A stretch of DNA of 64,000 bases. It comes from Candidatus Heimdallarchaeota archaeon. GTDB taxonomy: Archaea > Asgardarchaeota > Heimdallarchaeia > JABLTI01. Each line of letters starts with the position of its first letter. Position 1 is the stretch's first letter. The stretch covers positions 1 to 64,000 of the forward strand of contig JABCTZ010000037.1 in assembly GCA_018238155.1 (NCBI GenBank). Reading direction: 5' to 3'. Shown one piece after another: positions 38,897 through 48,588 of this stretch. Both the position numbers and the translations under genes were made by a program. Below the pieces are notes generated by a model. The model had not been told where the DNA came from. It saw only the letters and a list, made by a program, of their open reading frames with translations, and searched no databases.

Positions 38897-40006
38897 GTGG
38901 TTTGTATGAATAAGAAAAAGACAAATGATGTTTTAATTATTGGTGCAGGTGCAATTGGAGGTATAACAGCTGCAATTCTAAATAGAAAAGGGGTAGATGT
39001 GACTGTAGTAACAAGAAAAGGAACACACTTCGATTCAATAAAAAGAGATGGATTAAGAATCGAAGGATATGATGAACCTTTTCATTTTCCAATTCATTCA
39101 AACTTTAGAAATTTAAAAGGCTCATTTAAACATGTATTAGTTGTTGTAAAAAATCCAAGTACAGAAGAAGTAACTAAGCAATTGAAAAAAGTCATTACTA
39201 AAGATAGTTTGGTATATAGTTTACAGAATGGATTTGGTAACACAGAGATAATGGCAAAACACATTCCTCGTAATCAAATAGTTGCGGGAGTAATTGGATG
39301 GGGTGCAACATATTTGGGAAATGGGAAATTGAGGATTACATCAAAAACTGGTGATTTTGTTTTAGGTTTTGAAGATGGCAAAAATTCTAATGATTCGAGG
39401 TTATTGGAAATGAAAAAAATACTCGAACATTGGAAACCAACAATTCTAACTTCAAATATAATTGGTTTTAGATGGGCAAAGTTAATTGTAAATTGTATAC
39501 TTGCACCAATAGGCGGATTGCTTGGTTTAACATTAGGTTTTATGATGAAGGACAAAGAAATTGCTCCTATCTTAGGAGATATGAAAAGTGAGGCAATTCA
39601 AGTAGCAGATGCCCATAAAATTCAATTGGAGAAAGTTGATGGATTGAATATTCGTAACTTTTTCTATAAACCAAAAACTTCTGATGGAATGTTCACTAAA
39701 TTGTCTAGCAGCATTATTAGCTCAATCATTCTAAAGGTTGGAGCAAGAAGACATGGAAGCATTTATCCATCTTTATTAACAGATTTAAAAAGAGGAAAAA
39801 AGACTGAAATCGAATTCCTTAGTGGTTATATAGAAAAAAAAGGCAAAGAAGTCAATCTTGAAACGCCAATTAGCACCTTCTTAATAAAAGCAATAACTGA
39901 AATTGAGAAAGGAAAAAGAAAGATTGGACTAGAAAATCTACTAGAATTGAAGGAAATAGCAAAGATTTCACGGGAAAAGATAAAAGAGCAAGAGAATAAA
40001 CTATAA
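38897..40006 (+). CDS. panE: 2-dehydropantoate 2-reductase (ketopantoate reductase) family
   Basis: 'IIGAGAIGG', 'SLQNGFG', 'WAKLIVN', 'SLLTDL..GKKTEIE'. Confidence 0.88.
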   Translation: MVCMNKKKTNDVLIIGAGAIGGITAAILNRKGVDVTVVTRKGTHFDSIKRDGLRIEGYDEPFHFPIHSNFRNLKGSFKHVLVVVKNPSTEEVTKQLKKVITKDSLVYSLQNGFGNTEIMAKHIPRNQIVAGVIGWGATYLGNGKLRITSKTGDFVLGFEDGKNSNDSRLLEMKKILEHWKPTILTSNIIGFRWAKLIVNCILAPIGGLLGLTLGFMMKDKEIAPILGDMKSEAIQVADAHKIQLEKVDGLNIRNFFYKPKTSDGMFTKLSSSIISSIILKVGARRHGSIYPSLLTDLKRGKKTEIEFLSGYIEKKGKEVNLETPISTFLIKAITEIEKGKRKIGLENLLELKEIAKISREKIKEQENKL

Positions 40007-40072
40007 CTTATTCATCAGGGAAAAGTAAACAAATTACCTCTTTTAGAAAAAAGCAGGAGGATATCCAGTCAC

Positions 40073-40441
40073 TTGTTACCAAATAATGGTGAAGAAGAAA
40101 CCATGTTATATGACATGACAATAGAGTTCTTCAAAAAAATGAACTTTCAGGTTCGAGAAGATGTTACTTTAATTGGTACAAGTGGAAAAAAGCATAATTT
40201 CCATCTAGTTGTTAAATTGAATTCAGATGCAGATATAAAACAAATATTAGTTCTTGTTGTAAATTGGAATAGAGCTGTTGGAGTGGACAGATTAATACGA
40301 TTTGAACGTATGTTAAATGATTTGCAAAAACGGAAAGGAATGATAATTTCGAATAGCTTCAGCGGTTCTGCAATTAAATTTGCTAAAAGAACAGGATTGA
40401 TTCTCTATACTAAAGAGCATCTTCATATTTCCAATGATTAG
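40073..40441 (+). CDS. Mrr-like restriction endonuclease-fold protein, probably inactive
   Basis: 'GTSGKKHNF', 'WNRAVGVD', 'GMIISNSFSGSA..FA' follow the Mrr_cat pattern, but the D..ExK residues are missing. Confidence 0.7.
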   Translation: MLPNNGEEETMLYDMTIEFFKKMNFQVREDVTLIGTSGKKHNFHLVVKLNSDADIKQILVLVVNWNRAVGVDRLIRFERMLNDLQKRKGMIISNSFSGSAIKFAKRTGLILYTKEHLHISND

Positions 40442-40455
40442 TTAGAACAATTCAT

Positions 40456-41490
40456 TTAAAAGAATGATTCCAAAGTAGATTGCCCTTTAGTGAGAGGAAT
40501 CGCATTAAAACCTTCTTTTTGTAATTCTCTTGCTAATTCAGCAGCTTTTCCAAACACAGTAAAGATTTTTTCCGGAGAGCTTTGTTTGATTATTTCAAGA
40601 AGACTACCGTAATCTGAATGATCACTCATAACATAAGCAGCATCTGCACCCATTCGATATTTATATTGTTCTTGGTTTTTTGCCCACCCGGAAAAACCAA
40701 TGATTTTCAGATTATATTTTCGTTTTAGAAATGCTAAAGTTTTATCTCTTGCGCTTGTATGGTTATGAAACAGAATCCATGGTTTATTTTTTTCCAAACC
40801 TATATCCATTTTATCATTTGCTAATAGTTTAGTGGAATGTAAATCCAAACCTAATTCCTTATGCGTCTGCTCCATTTGCCAAATAGCATTTGTGGAATAT
40901 CTTTTTTCACACAGATCTCCAAAGCTATAATTCAATAATTGAGCTTTTCCAACAGAATAACCTAAGAGTGCAACAGGATTGCCTTGATCCAGCTGTTTTT
41001 GGATATATTCTCTTGCTAGTGTTGCTTGATGTTCATATGTTGGAAAACGATAATCTTTGTCACCCCATGTTGCTTCGAGAATTAGAACATTACATTTGAA
41101 TGGTTTAAATCCAGTTAAATAAGCTCTGTCCTCTATATTGACATCACCTGTGTATACGACAATATCTCCATTTTCTTTATTTGTTATTTTAGCAACGGTT
41201 GAATCAAAAGTATGCCCTCCAGGCACTGTTTCAAGCTTGTATTCATTATTCTCCCAAAAATCATGGAAATCGAGAGAATAACCAATCCTTTCTTGGAACA
41301 ATCGAGCAGTAGCTTTTGAGCAAACCACAGGAGGAATTGTACTAGGTTTCTTCTTACTGCGTGGTAAATGATCATAATGAGCATGTGAAACAAACATTGA
41401 ACTTACAGTAGGATTTACAATTTGAGGATCCAGTATAATCTCTGAAGATTCAAATGAGATGTTAATTCGGTTTTTACATTTGACTTTCAA
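40456..41490 (-). CDS. Metallo-beta-lactamase/beta-CASP exonuclease (SNM1 / ligase-associated exonuclease-like)
   Basis: 'SHAHYDH', 'GGH', 'YTGD', 'LEATWG', 'SGWA', 'SDHSDY'. Confidence 0.88.
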   Translation of the reverse strand: MKVKCKNRINISFESSEIILDPQIVNPTVSSMFVSHAHYDHLPRSKKKPSTIPPVVCSKATARLFQERIGYSLDFHDFWENNEYKLETVPGGHTFDSTVAKITNKENGDIVVYTGDVNIEDRAYLTGFKPFKCNVLILEATWGDKDYRFPTYEHQATLAREYIQKQLDQGNPVALLGYSVGKAQLLNYSFGDLCEKRYSTNAIWQMEQTHKELGLDLHSTKLLANDKMDIGLEKNKPWILFHNHTSARDKTLAFLKRKYNLKIIGFSGWAKNQEQYKYRMGADAAYVMSDHSDYGSLLEIIKQSSPEKIFTVFGKAAELARELQKEGFNAIPLTKGQSTLESFF

Positions 41491-41657
41491 ATTAATTCAC
41501 GTGTTTCTTGGTTGATATCTATTAATAACAAGTTTATCACTTCTAAATAAATAGTCCCCTAAAACTATTACTAATTTCTTTTTGTAACAGAATAATTTAA
41601 TAAGAAGAAAACGCGTTGAGATGATGTAAGAAAATTTGTGCTATTCTTTTAGGAAAG

Positions 41658-42215
41658 ATGATGATTATGCTTCCAACCTGGTTTGAATCTGTTGTTTCAT
41701 CTCAAGTATTCAATGCAATCATCTTTGCAGCCCCAACAATGTTCGCAAACGTAACGCCTATGCTTTTTGGCGGCGGATTGCCAATGGATTTTAGAAGAAA
41801 CTTTTTCGATAAAAGAAGGATATTGGGGAATAGTAAAACCATAAGAGGATTCGTTGCAGGTTGTTTTGGTGGATTACTAATGGGTGTTTTCACCATGTGG
41901 TGGTTCAACAATATTGTTGAGTTAGATTTCCAAATAACACTTGTTAATGGTTTTTTACAAGGTTTAGGTGCAGTGACAGGAGATATTGTAGGGTCATTCA
42001 TTAAACGCAGGAGAAATATTCCACCCGGAGGATCACTAATGATTGTAGATCAAACCGGCTTTATGTTCTTTGGACTCTTATTTGGAATGATAGGATTAGA
42101 AGGAGGGATTTTTCCATGGACCTATTGGATAATAATGGTTCCTCTTGCAGCTTTTGTTCATGTTGCTGCAAATGCTGTGGGATATACTCTTGGTTGGAAA
42201 GAAGTTTGGTGGTAG
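41658..42215 (+). CDS. carS: CDP-archaeol synthase
   Basis: 'P.MFAN..P...GGG.PMD', 'LGNSKTIRG', 'GDIVGSFIKRR', 'DQ', 'GWKEVWW'. Confidence 0.93.
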   Translation: MMIMLPTWFESVVSSQVFNAIIFAAPTMFANVTPMLFGGGLPMDFRRNFFDKRRILGNSKTIRGFVAGCFGGLLMGVFTMWWFNNIVELDFQITLVNGFLQGLGAVTGDIVGSFIKRRRNIPPGGSLMIVDQTGFMFFGLLFGMIGLEGGIFPWTYWIIMVPLAAFVHVAANAVGYTLGWKEVWW

Positions 42216-42314
42216 ACCTATTTTTCTTCTTTTTAAATTAATTTTTGTAACTAAACGCACTCTTATAAATTACTCATTAAAATATATCTTAGAAAGTTTT
42301 GTGTGTGAGTAAAT

Positions 42315-42932
42315 TTGACTTATGTTCCCCCCGAAAAAAAACAAAAAGGAGGTTCCAGTGGCTTTGGTGACATACTCTATGTTATGGTCTTCTTTTTAAT
42401 TGAAGGATTATTTATTTTCATTGGTATCCCTATTGTTGTTTTAGCACTTGGTTTGGTTCCAATAGCCATGTATTTGATTATCACGAAAACTTATGGAGCT
42501 GTATGGGTACTTTATCTTGTAGGTATAGTAGTGATCTTTTTCCAGATTTTAGGTATTCAATTCTTCATGCGAAAGTGGGTTTTAGAACCAAATAAAATGA
42601 ATTTCAGACAATGGATTCATTCGAGATTCTCCCCAACAGAAATCCGAAAACGTAGAGAGGAGAAAAGAGCTCGAGCTCAAAAGATGAATGAATGGTACGA
42701 TGGTATGGATCGAATTCATGAAAGACGAAATCAGATTAGAGATGAACAATCTTATGATTTACGTGGAGAATGGTTTAAAGGTTCAGGAGGAGACCCGGAA
42801 TTATTGAATAAAGCTCCAAAAGAAGATGACAGCATCATTTTAGGAGAACCTTCAACAGAGGAATTTATTAGTCTTGGAGAAGACACTGAAGGTTCAAAAG
42901 AAGAAGGAAAAAATGAAGAAACAAACTCTTAG
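42315..42932 (+). CDS. Hypothetical membrane protein with a charged/acidic C-terminal tail
   Basis: N-terminal hydrophobic helices, then coiled-coil-like and acidic segments. Confidence 0.7.
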   Translation: MTYVPPEKKQKGGSSGFGDILYVMVFFLIEGLFIFIGIPIVVLALGLVPIAMYLIITKTYGAVWVLYLVGIVVIFFQILGIQFFMRKWVLEPNKMNFRQWIHSRFSPTEIRKRREEKRARAQKMNEWYDGMDRIHERRNQIRDEQSYDLRGEWFKGSGGDPELLNKAPKEDDSIILGEPSTEEFISLGEDTEGSKEEGKNEETNS

Positions 42933-42963
42933 ATTTATTCTTCAATACTCATTTTTTTATTTA

Positions 42964-44112
42964 TTACTGTTCATTTTTCTCTACAAGTAGAAATGGAAAG
43001 TTTTTCTTAATTATTTCATTGATTTCAGTGAAATCTTCCTTTATAATTGTTGATTCACTCAATTTCTCTTGATAAATAATTTCCACAGATTTTCGTAAAT
43101 TTGAGAGAGATTTATCTAAGAAATGTGTTGGGCGGTCACATAGTACAGCACAAGTAGAATATAATCCTGTATCCAAAACAATAGTTCTGTCTTCTGCAAC
43201 AATGGCTCTAAGCTCTTTCGTACTTCCTAATGACTCATTTAATAATCCAGATATTGCAGAAATCAATGAACTTAGTAAATTCTCATTAATCAAGGTGACA
43301 TTAGATTGAGATTCAGTATTTGTTTTCTTATCTAAAATACTCATTCTACTAATATGAACGTTAAGACCAATTTTTGTAAAAACTAAAATAAAATAGACAT
43401 TCACGGGCAAACGATAGATAAAATCTATTCTAACAACATAGATAATAGTAAAGGTCAGCATGCCAACTATTTTCACTGTATCAGCAATTTCATGAAAAGT
43501 ATTATTTTGAAAAACATCTCCACCTATGAAACCAATAACAAAACCCAAACCAATAATAATCATTGAAATTGCTTGAATAAGAGTAATTGCTTCCCGAGTA
43601 AATCTAAAAGCATTAAAATGGACAAAAGCGCCAAAAGCAAATATCAAAAGACCAAGCAAATTATACGAAGAATCCCAACTCCACTGAAGAATATCAAGAA
43701 AAGCAGAATGTTGGAGAGCTAAATCACCAGTTAAACCAAGTTCATTAACAGTTGGAGCAAAAAGATAAAGCAAGTTAAACATTACAGAAGCAAATAGTAA
43801 AAGAGTAATCAAAGCAAAGCGAAAACGATTTGGTTTCACAGTATATAATTCTTCAAAGAAGATGTAAATAAGAAAGTAAACTAAACTCCAAATAATTAGA
43901 GATGAATAAAGAAGATTTTTACTTGCTGAAACAATAACATATTGGAGTATGCTAATAATGCCACCAATTCCACCAATGAACAAACTTAGAGTAAGTACAT
44001 AAGCAGTTCTGTTTTTTCTAATGGATTGATAAAGCATTAGAACGAAAAGAGTGAAAAATAATCCGGAAATTACTGCTGAAATAATTATGCCTAGGTTTGC
44101 CATGCACCTCAC
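42964..44112 (-). CDS. About 7-TM membrane protein with a C-terminal longin-like domain
   Basis: Seven hydrophobic segments. C-terminus 'VYFILVFTKIGLNV...NENLLSSLISAISGLLNESLG...LRAIVAEDRTIVL' has the longin topology. Confidence 0.7.
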   Translation of the reverse strand: MRCMANLGIIISAVISGLFFTLFVLMLYQSIRKNRTAYVLTLSLFIGGIGGIISILQYVIVSASKNLLYSSLIIWSLVYFLIYIFFEELYTVKPNRFRFALITLLLFASVMFNLLYLFAPTVNELGLTGDLALQHSAFLDILQWSWDSSYNLLGLLIFAFGAFVHFNAFRFTREAITLIQAISMIIIGLGFVIGFIGGDVFQNNTFHEIADTVKIVGMLTFTIIYVVRIDFIYRLPVNVYFILVFTKIGLNVHISRMSILDKKTNTESQSNVTLINENLLSSLISAISGLLNESLGSTKELRAIVAEDRTIVLDTGLYSTCAVLCDRPTHFLDKSLSNLRKSVEIIYQEKLSESTIIKEDFTEINEIIKKNFPFLLVEKNEQ

Positions 44113-44264
44113 TCAAGAATTTATTGAATAATACTTTTTCGTTTTAGGAAGAAACAAAGCATAAGTAATTTTAGAGATAGGAAGTTTTTTTAAAAAAGGA
44201 GAAAAATCTCTTGAGTAGATGACAAACAACTATTGAAGAAAAATCCAAATTAGAAGGTATTCTG

Positions 44265-45422
44265 ATGTCCAAGAAAAGCAACAAATCCATTGAAGAGAAA
44301 TCAGCAGATATGGTCGTTACACCATGGGAAGTAAGCGGTATTATTGATTATAAAAAGCTAGTAAAAAAATTTGGAACAACTCTGCTTGACAAAAAAGAAA
44401 TTGAAACGATACAGAAATATAGTAAAGGAGAATTACATTTACTACTAAGAAGAGGTTTATTCTTCAGTCATCGGGATTTTGATTGGATATTGAAGATGTT
44501 AGAAAAAGGAGAGAAATTTGTTCTTTACACAGGTAGAGGACCATCAGGACATACACATTTAGGTCATCTTGTCCCTTGGATTTTCACAAAGTGGTTGCAA
44601 GATGTTTTTGATGTCGAATTATATTTTCAGATGACAGATGATGAGAAATTTCTGTTTAATCAAAATCTTTCCTTTAGTGATACGAGAAATTTTGCTTTTG
44701 AAAATGCAAAAGATGTACTTGCAGTAGGTTTTGATCCCAAGAAAACACATTTCATTTTCGATTCACACTTAACTCCAGCAATGTATAGAATTGCAGCTGA
44801 GGTAGCAAAAAGAGTTACTTTTTCAACTGCAAAAGCGGTATTTGGTTTCTCTAATGATTCAAATATTGGTATGATATTCTACCCATCGATTCAAGCCATG
44901 CCATGTTTTCTCCCATCGGTCCTAAAAGGAAAAAATGTCCCCATTCTTATACCTGCAGCAATAGATCAAGACCCATATTGGAGAATCACTCGAGATGTTG
45001 CACCAAAATTAGGTTACTATAAACCGGCAGCCATTCATTGTAAATTTTTCCCCGGTCTAGCAGAAGGAGGAAAAATGTCTGCTTCACAACCTGACACTTG
45101 TATCTTTACTACAGATACACCTAAACAAGCGAAAAAGAAAATAATGAGCGCTTACACAGGTGGTCGAGCAACCCTCGAGGAGCAAAAAGAATTAGGTGGA
45201 GAACCGGATAAATGTATTGTTTACTGGTATGAATTCTACCTCTTTGAGTCTGATGATGAGAAATTGAAACAAATGAGAACCGATTGTTTAGCCGGTAAAT
45301 TGCTCTGTGGTTTTTGTAAAAAGAATTTAGCTGAAAAAGTCCACCACTTTATTGGAGAACATCAAGAACGAAGAAATAAAATATCAAAAGAAATGATTGA
45401 GAAAATGATTATCAAAGAATAG
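44265..45422 (+). CDS. trpS: Tryptophanyl-tRNA synthetase (archaeal/eukaryotic type)
   Basis: 'VTPWEV', 'YTGRGPS..HLGH', 'QMTDDEKFL', 'AIDQDPYWR', 'KMSAS'. Confidence 0.97.
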   Translation: MSKKSNKSIEEKSADMVVTPWEVSGIIDYKKLVKKFGTTLLDKKEIETIQKYSKGELHLLLRRGLFFSHRDFDWILKMLEKGEKFVLYTGRGPSGHTHLGHLVPWIFTKWLQDVFDVELYFQMTDDEKFLFNQNLSFSDTRNFAFENAKDVLAVGFDPKKTHFIFDSHLTPAMYRIAAEVAKRVTFSTAKAVFGFSNDSNIGMIFYPSIQAMPCFLPSVLKGKNVPILIPAAIDQDPYWRITRDVAPKLGYYKPAAIHCKFFPGLAEGGKMSASQPDTCIFTTDTPKQAKKKIMSAYTGGRATLEEQKELGGEPDKCIVYWYEFYLFESDDEKLKQMRTDCLAGKLLCGFCKKNLAEKVHHFIGEHQERRNKISKEMIEKMIIKE

Positions 45423-45438
45423 AATCATCTCTAGCTTT

Positions 45439-46077
45439 CTACCACAGAAAAACTGGAGAACACTTTCTTTTTTTAATTTGTTCTATTAAATCTTGAATGG
45501 TTTTAATAGGGATGGAAAATTGTGTGACACATCTACCAACTTGGGTGTGTATATGAGAATCACTTCCACCAACCAGGGGTAAATTTAGTGTCGCAGCAGC
45601 TCCTTTAGCCAATTCGTTTGAAAGTTGAGATCTTGAACCATTTATTTCAATAGCATCTATTTCTAAATCATAAATTAAATCACCAACTCCAAGGTAATCA
45701 AATGGATGAGCAGAAATAGCGATACCACCTTCTGAATGGATCATATCGATTACCTTATGGATATCTAAATAGGGAGTAGGAGGAGAAGAGATACCATATG
45801 CTAAAATATCACCTTGAGCTGTTGAGATTTCTACTGATGGAGCAAGCACAACAATCTGATATTTATCAAAAAGTGCTTGGAGGGTTTCTTCTGAAAATCT
45901 GTGAATGTAATTATGATCTGTAACGGTAATGGCATTCACTTTACCCGTTAACTCATTTAATGTTTCATCAAGAGTAATTCTAGCACAAGAAGAGTAACTA
46001 GTGTGAATATGCATATCAACTAAAAAATCAGTTGAACGACGTATATTTGATATTCGTTGTAAATTTTTCAGATTCAT
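45439..46077 (-). CDS. PHP-domain metal-dependent phosphoesterase
   Basis: 'DMHIHT', 'TDH', 'VEIS', 'AHPF', 'GGSDSH'. Confidence 0.9.
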   Translation of the reverse strand: MNLKNLQRISNIRRSTDFLVDMHIHTSYSSCARITLDETLNELTGKVNAITVTDHNYIHRFSEETLQALFDKYQIVVLAPSVEISTAQGDILAYGISSPPTPYLDIHKVIDMIHSEGGIAISAHPFDYLGVGDLIYDLEIDAIEINGSRSQLSNELAKGAAATLNLPLVGGSDSHIHTQVGRCVTQFSIPIKTIQDLIEQIKKRKCSPVFLW

Positions 46078-46116
46078 TTGAAACTCTAACCCAATGTTAC
46101 AAACACTTTATTCTAT

Positions 46117-46584
46117 TTACAAAAAGATTATCCTATTTCCACCCAATTTCTTTGCTTTTTTCAAAGCTCGGTGAGCTAATCTTTGAGCTTGCCCCTTAAA
46201 CAATCGTCTCGACCATTGATATGGACCAGTTGGTCGAATTGGTGTGTAAGGTCCACGAGATACACCTATGCTTAATGAAGCAACACAACCACAATTTAGA
46301 CCCACATCATTAATCTCATTAATTATATATTCGAGGTCATTGATGATCTCTTCATGAGCAAGAGCACCAGTTAAACGTAACATGCATTCTTCCGTGCCGT
46401 GTTTTTCATCTAAACCATAGATTACCTCTCCAAGGTGCTTTCTAACGAATTTTGTGACTAAAGAAGTAAGTGAACCTGTAATGTCATTTGGTTTGTAAGC
46501 AACCCAACCTTGATCCTCAGAAATCTTCTTGAAATTGTCTAGATCAATGAAAATTACTAATTCTTCTACGGTTTGAAAAGTCAA
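46117..46584 (-). CDS. GGDEF-like nucleotide cyclase-fold protein with a non-canonical motif
   Basis: 'FIDLDNFKKI', 'HGTEEC' in place of GGDEF, 'SLSIGVS', 'AHRALKKAKKLGGNRI'. Confidence 0.75.
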   Translation of the reverse strand: MTFQTVEELVIFIDLDNFKKISEDQGWVAYKPNDITGSLTSLVTKFVRKHLGEVIYGLDEKHGTEECMLRLTGALAHEEIINDLEYIINEINDVGLNCGCVASLSIGVSRGPYTPIRPTGPYQWSRRLFKGQAQRLAHRALKKAKKLGGNRIIFL

Positions 46585-46762
46585 TTCTGCACCTTCGAGT
46601 TTAATTTTAAACTTTCACAAAAAGAAAGACAAAACAGATTTTAAGTGTTTTGCGAGTTCTCGAATCTTGAAAATGAGAACAAGCCATATTTCGAAGAGAA
46701 ATAGTAAGCATATATATACCGGAGCATCCAATTCGAACTAGAGAAGGTTTGGGAAGAGATTA

Positions 46763-48067
46763 TTGACAAATAGAGAGAATGCACAACCTAGAAAAAAGCC
46801 TGTATTTCAGAAAGTAATTTATTCACTACGACGAATATTACTTGATATCAACAAAATTCCTGGTCCTATTTTTCTTCTTTTGCTTATTGGTTTTTCAAGC
46901 TTGTATAATTCTACAGCGCACGCTTCACTTACCATTGTACAAGCTGCTATTCCGGCAACCGAGGAAACTAGACAAACTAATGCCTATGTACAACCAACAT
47001 TTCTTGCAATGTATCCCTCTGACAGGTACAGTCGTGGGTTGGGATTTGCCATGCGTGATAACTACATCTACAGCATTATTGGTTACAATCCTACAGTTAT
47101 CGATGTGAGTAACAGGAGTGCACCGACATTCGTTGCTGAGTATATTGTTGGAAATGGCAGAATGTGTACACTTGCATTACAAGATAATTATCTTTATCTT
47201 GGCAGTAGTTTAGGTCTTGAGATTTTGAATATCAGCGATTTTAACAGTATTACCAAAGTGGGTCAGTGCAATACCACTGGAGCTGTTATGTCTATTGTTT
47301 TGCAAGATGATATTGCTTACTTAGCTGCTAGTAGTAATGGTTTGGTCATTGTCAATGTTAGCGATCCGACGCACCCTGTAGAGGTGGGTTGTTTTAATGA
47401 TGGCGGAAGTGCTTGGGACCTTGCTCTCAAGGGGTCGCTTGCCTTTGTGACGGATACTGAAACTACTTTGGAGATTATTAACATAGGTGACCCTCAGAAT
47501 CCTATTAAAGTCAGCCACTACAAGGATGAGGTGTATGATGATTTGCCAGGATCAAGTATTACACTAAATGGTTCATATGCGTATCTTGGTACCTTTCGCT
47601 ATGGTCTCTTCATACTCGATATTACAAATAGTTCTCATCTGGAAAGAGTTGGTCATTATTATGGTGGGACAAAACCAATAGGTGAAAAGAGCAATGATGA
47701 ATCTGTGCGTGGTATTTTTGTAAAAGAACAATACATTTTCGAAGCAGTAGGTTCAAATGGCTTTTACGTTCTTGACGTTCGTGACTCCTCTAATCCAGTC
47801 TCTCTGGGGCAATTTACAGGCTTTTATTTTCTTTTTGGTCTCTATTTACATGAAACTTGCCTTTATCTACAAACTTTATTTGAGGGCATTGTGATCTTGA
47901 ACTTGACTTTCCATAGGGGTTATCCTCCCGGGACCTTTAGAGGACTAATCTTGACTTTAATTTTCGTTCCCATTGGTTGTGGATTAATTGCACTACCATT
48001 TATTATCGAACATAACAAAAAAAGAAGGAGAGAACTTTGGATTCAAAGTTATACCATAAAGAAGTGA
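46763..48067 (+). CDS. LVIVD-repeat beta-propeller surface protein with N- and C-terminal TM segments
   Basis: Repeats such as 'AYLAASSNGLVIVNVSDPTHPVEVG', 'GLFILDIT', 'GFYVLDVRDSSNP'. Confidence 0.85.
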   Translation: MTNRENAQPRKKPVFQKVIYSLRRILLDINKIPGPIFLLLLIGFSSLYNSTAHASLTIVQAAIPATEETRQTNAYVQPTFLAMYPSDRYSRGLGFAMRDNYIYSIIGYNPTVIDVSNRSAPTFVAEYIVGNGRMCTLALQDNYLYLGSSLGLEILNISDFNSITKVGQCNTTGAVMSIVLQDDIAYLAASSNGLVIVNVSDPTHPVEVGCFNDGGSAWDLALKGSLAFVTDTETTLEIINIGDPQNPIKVSHYKDEVYDDLPGSSITLNGSYAYLGTFRYGLFILDITNSSHLERVGHYYGGTKPIGEKSNDESVRGIFVKEQYIFEAVGSNGFYVLDVRDSSNPVSLGQFTGFYFLFGLYLHETCLYLQTLFEGIVILNLTFHRGYPPGTFRGLILTLIFVPIGCGLIALPFIIEHNKKRRRELWIQSYTIKK

Positions 48068-48295
48068 GAGAAAGAGTAGCAATATTTTTACTTCTTTTAA
48101 ACCTTCAAATTGCTCATTCTAGTATAAAGTAAATAATTATAGAATTTGATTATTGTCTATTTCTTTGAAAAGAAATTCTATTTGATTTTATGATTTAGAA
48201 CAAGGGAAAAAGAGAGAAATTTTGTATCAATTTTAACCGCTATCAATGAATTCATAAAGATGAACCATTCGTAACAGCGATTGAGAGATAGAAAT

Positions 48296-48550
48296 ATGTC
48301 TAGCCAAACTAATGAGAAAATGAAAGCATATATCCTAATCAATGCAAAATTAGGAAAGACAAATGATGTTCTTGCAAAACTAAAAAAGATACCTGGAATC
48401 ACTACTGTAGCAGTTATTACTGGAGAATACGACATTATTGTTCGTGTTGAAACAGCCGATATGAATGAAATGTATAACAGAACACAAGAAGTCCATCTAA
48501 TTGATGGTATTATTGAAACAACAACATCCATTATACAAAAGGAATTCTAG
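48296..48550 (+). CDS. Stand-alone Lrp/AsnC ligand-binding (RAM) domain protein
   Basis: 'KAYILINAKLGK...VITGEYDIIVRVE...IIETTTSI'. ATG at 48296 preferred over the track's TTG at 48281. Confidence 0.9.
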   Translation: MSSQTNEKMKAYILINAKLGKTNDVLAKLKKIPGITTVAVITGEYDIIVRVETADMNEMYNRTQEVHLIDGIIETTTSIIQKEF

Positions 48551-48588
48551 ACATTAACAGTGACAATCAGTTTGGATGGTGACCATTC

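Noticed and set aside
48178-48531. 117-aa minus-strand ORF and the many other short antisense or alternative-frame ORFs in the track
   Set aside because: Shadows of well-supported genes on the opposite strand or frame.
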